Source of the DNA: Candidatus Poribacteria bacterium | GTDB lineage: Bacteria > Poribacteria > WGA-4E > PCPOR2b | Length of the DNA stretch: 64,000 nt | Assembly (NCBI GenBank): GCA_965218095.1 | Contig: OZ244587.1 | Coordinates: 3,008,001 to 3,072,000, forward strand | Direction of reading: 5' to 3' | Shown here: positions 54,116 through 61,351 of the stretch, one piece after another | Layout of the letters: each line of letters starts with the position of its first letter | Position numbering within the stretch: the first letter of the stretch is position 1 | Position numbers and translations under genes: made by a program | Notes under the pieces: generated by a model | The model's database searches: none | Told to the model about the DNA's origin: nothing | What the model saw: only the letters and a program-made list of their open reading frames with translations

Positions 54116-56716
54116 ATGATGGCTGAAAAGTTTTTGTATGATGACCTAGATTCCTTCTCTAGACTCGGCGGATTACAAAAAGAAATTCCCGATGGCCTCA
54201 AAGACAACCTAAACCCCGCGTTTGAACTCCGTCCCTATCAGGAAGAAGCCTTCGCCCGTTTCTTTCACTGCCTCAACAACGACTTTCCGGGGGTGGAAAA
54301 ACCCCTGCATCTTCTGTTCAATATGGCGACCGGCAGCGGCAAAACGCTCATCATGGCGGGCTTGATTCTCTACCTCTATGAAAAAGGCTATCGAAACTTT
54401 CTCTTCTTCGTCAACTCTACCAATATCATCGAAAAGACAAAGGACAATTTCCTCAATCCCCTGTCCTCCAAATACCTCTTCAATGAAACCATCCACTTCG
54501 GGGCGGTTCGCGTTGCCGTGACCCCGGTCCCCAATTTTGAAGGCGTCAACGAAAAAGACATCAATATCTGTTTCACCACCATTCAAAAGCTCCATTCCGA
54601 TCTGACGACGCAGAAAGAAAATGCCTTAACGTACGAGGATTTTAGAGACAAAAAGATCGTACTCTTAGCTGATGAGGCGCATCATATCAATACCAGTACA
54701 AAAGCTGGACAGCAATTGCTGATTAGCTGGGAACATACGGTGGAGCGCATCTTTGGTCAAAATCAAGACAATCTGCTGCTTGAATTTACCGCCACCCTAG
54801 ATTATACCCATCGCAGCCTTGTCGATAAATACCGCAACAAGGTATTATATAAGTATGACCTGCGGCAGTTCCGCAATGACGGCTATTCCAAGGACGTCTA
54901 TATCGTTCAGGCGGATTTTGAGGAAAAAGACCGCATCATACAGGCGCTTATTCTCAACCAGTATAAACAGGAAGTGGCGGCGAAATATCAGATTAACCTC
55001 AAACCGGTGATTCTGTTCAAGGCACAGCGCACAATTGAACAGTCGAAAACGAACAAAGCGGACTTTCATAAACTCATTGATAGTCTTACGGCAGCGCACA
55101 TTGCGAGCATCCGCCGATCGAATATTCCGCTTGTTCAACAGGCGTTTCAATTCTTTGACGACAACAACATCAGCGACGAGCATTTGGCAGGACGTCTAAA
55201 ACAGGAATTTCAGGAGGCCTACTGCCTCTCAGTCAATGATAAACAAGAGAAGGAGAACTATCAGATTCTGGTTAACACCCTCGAAGACAGCGACAACCGC
55301 ATCCGCGCGATCTTTGCCGTGCAGAAACTGAACGAGGGTTGGGATGTCCTGAATCTTTTTGATATTGTCCGATGCTACACCACCCGCGACGCAAAAGCAG
55401 GGAAACCGGGCAAAACTACAATTGCCGAGGCGCAGTTAATCGGACGTGGGGCGCGGTATTTCCCCTTTGTTACCGACGACAATCCCGATCAATACCAACG
55501 GAAATTTGATAAAAACCTGACGACGGAACTGCGGGTGTTGGAGGAGCTCCACTATCACAGTATCAACGATTCCCGCTATATCTCTGAGATCCGCACTGCC
55601 CTGATCGACGAAGGGATGCTCGACGATCGGACGGTGGAAAAACCGCTTAAACTGAAAAGGGAATTTAAGAAAACCGATTTTTACAAACATGGGATCGTCT
55701 ACATCAATGAACGGGTTGAAAACAGGAATGAATCTGTCTGCTCATTTGCCGATATGGGTGTCTCTTCAAAGAACTATCACTATTCACTCCCCACCGGCAG
55801 GGGAGTTTCTGAGGCCATTCTAAATGACAACAGTAGCATAACCCCCCTGACAAGGGGGGAGATAAGGGGGTTACAGATCGTAGAAGCACGACGGAGAGAT
55901 GTGCCGGTGAAAGAGATACCGCTTCATATCGTCAGGAGTGCCATTGCACGAAATCCTTTTTTTGCTTTCAAATCCTTGAAAACCTATTTCTCTCACATTC
56001 AATCCGTCCGTCAGTTCATCGAGGCAGATGAGTACCTCGGCGGACTGTCAATCACCTTTCAGGGGGATTCTTCTGAACTGCTGCATTTATCCAACCGCAT
56101 CCAACTCAATGCGATGACGGGACTGCTTAACCGAATTGCATCTCAATTGCGTCAAAACCTAACGGAATACAGGGGTACAGAAACGTTCAAGCCAAACGGT
56201 GTCAGTTCCATATTCACCGACAAAACCCTGAAATTGGTTGAAGGCAGCGAAAGGGCGGATGGCGACGAACAGTTGGTCTCCGATAGAGAATGGTATGTAT
56301 TCAATGCCAACTACGGCACAAGTGAGGAAAAGGATTTTGTCCGAATGCTTGATGCCCAGATAGGCAAGCTAAAAGAAAAGTATGAAGGAATATATCTGGT
56401 CCGTAACGAAAGACATTTCAAAATTTACAACTTTGACGACGGAGAGGGGTTTGAGCCCGATTTTGTCCTGTTCCTACGTGAGAAAAATGGAAACACCCTC
56501 ATCCGTCAGATATTTATTGAACCCAAGGGAAAGTATCTGCAAGCGCACGAAAAATGGAAAGAGGATTTCTTAGAACAAATTAAAGAAAAATTCTCAGGAG
56601 AAACGCTGGAGCTTAAAACGCAAAGCAGAACGCAAACATACAGACTGGTAGGTGTGCCGTTCTATAACAACCAAGATGAAAATCAATTCAGGGCAAGCCT
56701 TGAGTCCGTATTATGA
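54116..56716 (+). CDS. res: Type III restriction enzyme Res subunit (SF2 helicase plus PD-(D/E)XK)
   Basis: LRPYQ, MATGSGKT, DEAHH, LEFTAT, L.EGWDV.N, QLIGRGAR, FEPDF...IEPKG. Confidence 0.92.
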   Translation: MMAEKFLYDDLDSFSRLGGLQKEIPDGLKDNLNPAFELRPYQEEAFARFFHCLNNDFPGVEKPLHLLFNMATGSGKTLIMAGLILYLYEKGYRNFLFFVNSTNIIEKTKDNFLNPLSSKYLFNETIHFGAVRVAVTPVPNFEGVNEKDINICFTTIQKLHSDLTTQKENALTYEDFRDKKIVLLADEAHHINTSTKAGQQLLISWEHTVERIFGQNQDNLLLEFTATLDYTHRSLVDKYRNKVLYKYDLRQFRNDGYSKDVYIVQADFEEKDRIIQALILNQYKQEVAAKYQINLKPVILFKAQRTIEQSKTNKADFHKLIDSLTAAHIASIRRSNIPLVQQAFQFFDDNNISDEHLAGRLKQEFQEAYCLSVNDKQEKENYQILVNTLEDSDNRIRAIFAVQKLNEGWDVLNLFDIVRCYTTRDAKAGKPGKTTIAEAQLIGRGARYFPFVTDDNPDQYQRKFDKNLTTELRVLEELHYHSINDSRYISEIRTALIDEGMLDDRTVEKPLKLKREFKKTDFYKHGIVYINERVENRNESVCSFADMGVSSKNYHYSLPTGRGVSEAILNDNSSITPLTRGEIRGLQIVEARRRDVPVKEIPLHIVRSAIARNPFFAFKSLKTYFSHIQSVRQFIEADEYLGGLSITFQGDSSELLHLSNRIQLNAMTGLLNRIASQLRQNLTEYRGTETFKPNGVSSIFTDKTLKLVEGSERADGDEQLVSDREWYVFNANYGTSEEKDFVRMLDAQIGKLKEKYEGIYLVRNERHFKIYNFDDGEGFEPDFVLFLREKNGNTLIRQIFIEPKGKYLQAHEKWKEDFLEQIKEKFSGETLELKTQSRTQTYRLVGVPFYNNQDENQFRASLESVL

Positions 56717-56723
56717 AACGCAG

Positions 56724-56749
56724 TAGGGAACGCAGATCTGCGTTCCCTA
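56724..56749. repeat. Perfect REP-like palindrome
   Basis: TAGGGAACGCAGATCTGCGTTCCCTA directly after the res stop; same family as 60514-60541. Confidence 0.8.
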
Positions 56750-56846
56750 TTAAAATCGGCCGCAGAGGCGTACAGGGCACAGAGAACAATAAAGAAAACT
56801 TCGTTAGAAGGGAAGTCGTTACCGATTTTGAAGGAGGATCATCAAA

Positions 56847-57083
56847 ATGACCAATGATGTAACAGCAACACAAAAAGCGAAAGTCACCCTGACTGTTGAG
56901 CAGTTGGAAGGAATCATTCGCAAGGTGGTTCGTGAAGAGCTCATGGAGTTTGCAACGCAGGAGCAGGGTATCTTTAACCTTGATAAGGAATCTCCGCTTT
57001 ATGAGGATATGGAAAATATTCTTGAACGAAAAAAATCCGGTCAGTTGAGATTTCATGCCCACGAGGAAGTTTGGAATGGATGA
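56847..57083 (+). CDS. Putative antitoxin
   Basis: 78 aa, GGAGG RBS, IRKVVREEL and C-terminal HEEVW; overlaps the toxin start. Confidence 0.7.
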   Translation: MTNDVTATQKAKVTLTVEQLEGIIRKVVREELMEFATQEQGIFNLDKESPLYEDMENILERKKSGQLRFHAHEEVWNG

Positions 57084-57405
57084 ATACCAAGCATTTTATG
57101 AGAGTCGATTCGTCCGAAACCTTGCTCGCTACTCGAATTTACGCCAACGTATCCAGCGAAGGGTTGAGCAGATCCTCAAAGATCCCTATACTCGCACAGA
57201 ACGGCTTGGGCGAGTTGTTAGCGGATTAGATTTGCGAGGTTGCCGCAGTGCGCGGGTGGACAGAAACTTTCGGATGATTTTCGTCATCTGTGAAGAATGT
57301 CGGCATATCAGGGAGTGTCAATTCTGTTTCTGTGAGGGGAGAGAAGATGAAACAGTTGTTTTCTTGACTGTTGGACCACACGATAGGGCTTATACGATGA
57401 AATGA
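57076..57405 (+). CDS. RelE/ParE-superfamily toxin with a Cys-rich insert
   Basis: F.R.L..Y......I...P....E.L....L.G.RSARV...FR.IF...V.FL.VGPHD.AY. Confidence 0.78.
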   Translation: MDEYQAFYESRFVRNLARYSNLRQRIQRRVEQILKDPYTRTERLGRVVSGLDLRGCRSARVDRNFRMIFVICEECRHIRECQFCFCEGREDETVVFLTVGPHDRAYTMK

Positions 57406-57578
57406 AGCGTAGATTTCCTAACCAACCCTTGCAATTGACGGTTGGGATTTTCTGTTTTTAATACCCATTGACAAATTGCGGATCTTGGGATGTCAGATTG
57501 TTTTTCAGCAAATCCTCGCTATGGCTGAAATAGGGTCGTTGGGCGATTCCATCGTTACTCACAAATGGAAAGGGAAAC

Positions 57579-58394
57579 TTGATTGTGTCTGAGAAATCTG
57601 AAAAGGAGGCACAGAAGAACGACGGTATCTGGCAACTGATCAACAGTGGTATAGAGATTGTCAGCAGTGGTGCTGGCAGTGGTACTGGTGCAGTGCTGGG
57701 GTCGGTTGTCGGAGGTCCAGTTGGAGCATTGATTGGAGGAGCTGGTGGTAAGGTACTTGAAATTGTGTTAAGCAAAGTTGGGCAGGAAATTTCGGCGCGA
57801 CAATTGGGCCCACGAGAAAAAGTACGGGTCGGTGCTGCATTTGCAATTGCGGCTGCGGACATTCGCCAACGGATAGAAAACGGTGAAAGTGTCCGCACGG
57901 ATGACTTTTTCGATGAAAAGCAAACGGGTAGATCGGATGCGGAAGAGGTTGCGGAGAGCGTGTTATTGAAGGTTCAGAGAGAACCCGAAGAAAAGAAAAT
58001 CCAGTATATGGGGTATTTGCTTTCAAGCATAGCTTTCGATCCGCAAATCAGCGTACACATGGCACATCAACTCGTGAAAGCCGCTGAACAACTTATTTAC
58101 CGACAACTATGTATACTGAAGCTCTGCGTAGTGAAAGATAAATTTGGATTGCGCGATGAAGATTACCGGAATCAAGGAACTTTCACAAAAGAACTCTATC
58201 AGGTACTTTATGAGTGCCTCGATCTTTATCACAGAGGATATATAAACTTTGGAGGTGAAGTTGCGTTTGGTCCTACGGATGTAAAATCTGGAAGTATGAC
58301 TGTCCAAGGAATAGGTGCTGATCTTTTCAATCTCATGAAACTTTCTTTGATACCAGATCAAGACATAATTCCAATCGCCACGCAGTTGAAGTAA
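57579..58394 (+). CDS. Glycine-zipper protein, Abi-alpha/DUF4393-like
   Basis: GAVLGSVVGGPVGALIGG, then EEKKI.Y...LL...L.Y.QL.IL...DL...GYI...T..G..L. Confidence 0.6.
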   Translation: MIVSEKSEKEAQKNDGIWQLINSGIEIVSSGAGSGTGAVLGSVVGGPVGALIGGAGGKVLEIVLSKVGQEISARQLGPREKVRVGAAFAIAAADIRQRIENGESVRTDDFFDEKQTGRSDAEEVAESVLLKVQREPEEKKIQYMGYLLSSIAFDPQISVHMAHQLVKAAEQLIYRQLCILKLCVVKDKFGLRDEDYRNQGTFTKELYQVLYECLDLYHRGYINFGGEVAFGPTDVKSGSMTVQGIGADLFNLMKLSLIPDQDIIPIATQLK

Positions 58395-58471
58395 AGAGCA
58401 GTCAGAATTTTTTGAAGCTAGTGATACGAAGCGTTACGGCAAAGTCAAAACAACACAGCAAGGACCCCAAC

Positions 58472-60472
58472 ATGCCAAAGCATTTTCACGAAAAACTAAT
58501 CAACCTCCTCAAAACTGACCCCCGTTTCGTCGACGGCGAAGACGAATTGGTCAAAGCCGCGGTCATCAATCGGGCGTGGAAGATTGACCATGACCTCGTG
58601 AGGCGGTTGCTCCGTGAACCTGACATCAAAGCCAAATTCTTTGATGAAATCGAAGGGCACTGGATCTTCAATACCAACACCTTCATCGACTACATCTCCG
58701 ACAAAAGCTTCCTCGCCGATTCCTACACCCGCTTCCGCAACAAAATCGGCTTGAACATTGAGAATAAATTTCTGCCTGAACGGGGTGAGGTGTCTCTGGT
58801 TTGGCCCTACAAAGATTGCATGTTAGAAGGCGGACAGACGAAGGAGGAGGAGAAGCGTAAAGAGATGTTTTTCAACGAGATTCTGGCGCAGGACGAAATT
58901 GACCGCCTCTTTGACCCAAAGGTGTTGACCTGTTGGAAACGCCACACGGTTGACGGCGAGCAGAAGGTAACGGAGATCAGGAGGGATGACAACAGCGTAA
59001 TTCGGGAAAACCTGCTCATCAAGGGGAACAACCTGCTGGCGTTGCACACGCTCAAACAGCAATTTCGCGGAAAGGTCAAACTGATTTACATTGACCCGCC
59101 GTATAATACAGGGAGTGATAGTTTCGGCTATAACGACAGCTTCAATCATTCGACATGGCTGACGTTTATGAAGAATCGGCTGGAAGTGGGGCGGGAATTG
59201 TTGAGGGATGACGGGGTTATTTTTGTTCAATGTGATGATAACGAGGCAGCTTACCTGAAAATTTTAATGGACGAAATTTTTGGTGATACTGCTTACGCTA
59301 CAACAATCTACGTCCAAGTCAGATATAGCCAAAAAACATTATCCGAAAAGAATGATTACCAAAAGCTGATTGAGCAGATTCATATCTACCATAAAGAAAA
59401 GTTTTCTCCTATTAAACCTACCGAGGAATACTCAATAGAAAAATTTGTCTGGGAGATTATTGAAAAAAGCAGTGGACAAGAATTAGAATTGGGATCTAAA
59501 TCTGCTTTTCTTTTTAAGCTTGGCGAATACGAAATTGTCCAGAAAGAAGCGTCTTTATCTCGGCTCAAAGAGACATGGGCAAGTGGAACGGTTCTGAAAA
59601 ATAATGCATCAGGAAAGTTCTTTGGGCAATACATTGCTCCAAGAGTCAAAGCTGATGGAATCGGCTGTTTGTATAAAGTAAAGGGTATAGGAGAAGATGG
59701 TCTCGGTTATAGATATTTCACAGGCCCAAAAAGAGCCGGAGCAACGAAAGGGAAATTCTACTCGGGAGTACCGACCTCAAGATTGAAAGAGTTGGAGAGA
59801 GGAGAAGCAAGGAAAGAGCTAGTTATTCCTAATTTCTATGATTTTGCAGATAGTTTTGGCAACTGTCGCCACGAGGGAGGAGTAGAGTTACGAAGTGGTA
59901 AGAAACCGGAAGTCCTATTAAAATTAATCATCGAAATAACAACGAAAGAAAACGATATCGTACTGGATTTCTTTTGTGGTACGGGAAGTACACTGGCCGT
60001 AGCACATAAATTACGGCGTGGCTATATTGGCGTTGAACAGTTAGATTATTATGAGAACGACAGCGTCCTCCGTTTAAAGAATGTCATTCTAGGAGATACA
60101 ACAGGAATTTCAAAGGAGGTTGGCTGGCAGGGCGGCGGCAATTTCATCTACTGCGAACTGATGCCATACAACCAAGCCTTTATGGACAAAATTCAAGCCG
60201 CACAATCATCCGAAGCACTTGTAACACTCTGGCGGGACATCGCCGAAAACTCATTCCTGAACTGGTACGTGAACCCGGAAATCCCGGAAGATGCAGTGGA
60301 GAATTTCATCGAAATCGGTCAAGGCGAAAATGGGCTGGAAAAGCAGAAGAAACTGCTGGCGGAACTGCTGGATAAGAACCAGTTGTATGTCAACTTTTCG
60401 GAAATAGACGACGAGGATTTTGGTGTCAGTGCGGAAGATAAGGCGTTGAATCGGGAGTTTTATGACGAATAG
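58472..60472 (+). CDS. mod: Type III Mod subunit, adenine DNA methyltransferase (beta class)
   Basis: NLLIKGNNL.AL, IYIDPPY, WLTFM.NRL, KKPE.L, VLDFF.GTGST.AVAHK. Confidence 0.93.
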   Translation: MPKHFHEKLINLLKTDPRFVDGEDELVKAAVINRAWKIDHDLVRRLLREPDIKAKFFDEIEGHWIFNTNTFIDYISDKSFLADSYTRFRNKIGLNIENKFLPERGEVSLVWPYKDCMLEGGQTKEEEKRKEMFFNEILAQDEIDRLFDPKVLTCWKRHTVDGEQKVTEIRRDDNSVIRENLLIKGNNLLALHTLKQQFRGKVKLIYIDPPYNTGSDSFGYNDSFNHSTWLTFMKNRLEVGRELLRDDGVIFVQCDDNEAAYLKILMDEIFGDTAYATTIYVQVRYSQKTLSEKNDYQKLIEQIHIYHKEKFSPIKPTEEYSIEKFVWEIIEKSSGQELELGSKSAFLFKLGEYEIVQKEASLSRLKETWASGTVLKNNASGKFFGQYIAPRVKADGIGCLYKVKGIGEDGLGYRYFTGPKRAGATKGKFYSGVPTSRLKELERGEARKELVIPNFYDFADSFGNCRHEGGVELRSGKKPEVLLKLIIEITTKENDIVLDFFCGTGSTLAVAHKLRRGYIGVEQLDYYENDSVLRLKNVILGDTTGISKEVGWQGGGNFIYCELMPYNQAFMDKIQAAQSSEALVTLWRDIAENSFLNWYVNPEIPEDAVENFIEIGQGENGLEKQKKLLAELLDKNQLYVNFSEIDDEDFGVSAEDKALNREFYDE

Positions 60473-60493
60473 ATTTTCAACCCGTTAAAAATG

Positions 60494-60678
60494 GGACTTA
60501 CGCACTTCAGATTGTAGGGAACAACGATCGTTGTTCCCTACGGGCTTGTTGATGAAGCCCCTGCCGTAGTTGCCCGATTTATCGGGCGTCGGAAGTAGTG
60601 TCCATCGGCGATAAATCGCCGAACTACAGGTCGAAGACTCTCGGAACGGAGGCTTTGAGAGTTCAACTGCGTAAGTCC
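60494..60678. mobile_element. MITE with IS701-type ends carrying REP-like palindromes
   Basis: GGACTTACGCA / TGCGTAAGTCC; internal 28-bp perfect palindrome 60514-60541 and GTAG...CTAC doublet 60566-60627. Confidence 0.85.
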
Positions 60679-60694
60679 TAAGAAAGTTTCAACT

Positions 60695-61351
60695 TTGAAT
60701 CATACAAGTAACGAAGGCGTAACGCTTTCGACAGAACAGCAGACAGTCTTTAACTGGCTCAACGATGAACTCGAGCTGCCGGTATATGCAGAGGCGTACA
60801 AAGGCGCATTGGAGTTCCTAGAAAAAAAGTCCCCGGGCTACATTACGTTTGTATCCCACGCAGGCAGGGATTTGATGAACGGCCTTGCCCGGCTGGGGAC
60901 CGGGCACGAACAGGTTCAGTATGCGAATCGCTTGGATGAGCTACAGAACCATTGGGAAGATGAGTGGGGAACAGCAGGGATTAATAAAATAGATAACCCT
61001 GAAAACGGGCATTTAATCCCTTATGAAGTTTGTGAACAAATACAAGACCTGATTGATGAACACAGAGCGGGGCGTCTCCGACCCTCAGAGGCAGCGATCC
61101 TTTTCTTTAGTAACTTTTTGGATTATGCCTACGCAGAGGAAATCCCCCGGAATCTTTTGACGGAATGGCAGAACACAAGAGAGTGGTTTAGAGCACATGC
61201 CCATCTGCGCGATGGTGAGTTTGAAATGGATGCACCAACTGAAGTAGAAAGGCATTTTCAGACACTTGATGATTTACTGTACAACGCTGCAGGCAGTGAA
61301 CTTGAGCGGATAAGGAGTATCAATGAAATCTTGGAAGAAACCAACGAATGA
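60695..61351 (+). CDS. Hypothetical protein, HEPN-like
   Basis: 218 aa, helical; SHAGRDLMN and REWFRAHAH (Rx5H). Confidence 0.6.
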   Translation: MNHTSNEGVTLSTEQQTVFNWLNDELELPVYAEAYKGALEFLEKKSPGYITFVSHAGRDLMNGLARLGTGHEQVQYANRLDELQNHWEDEWGTAGINKIDNPENGHLIPYEVCEQIQDLIDEHRAGRLRPSEAAILFFSNFLDYAYAEEIPRNLLTEWQNTREWFRAHAHLRDGEFEMDAPTEVERHFQTLDDLLYNAAGSELERIRSINEILEETNE

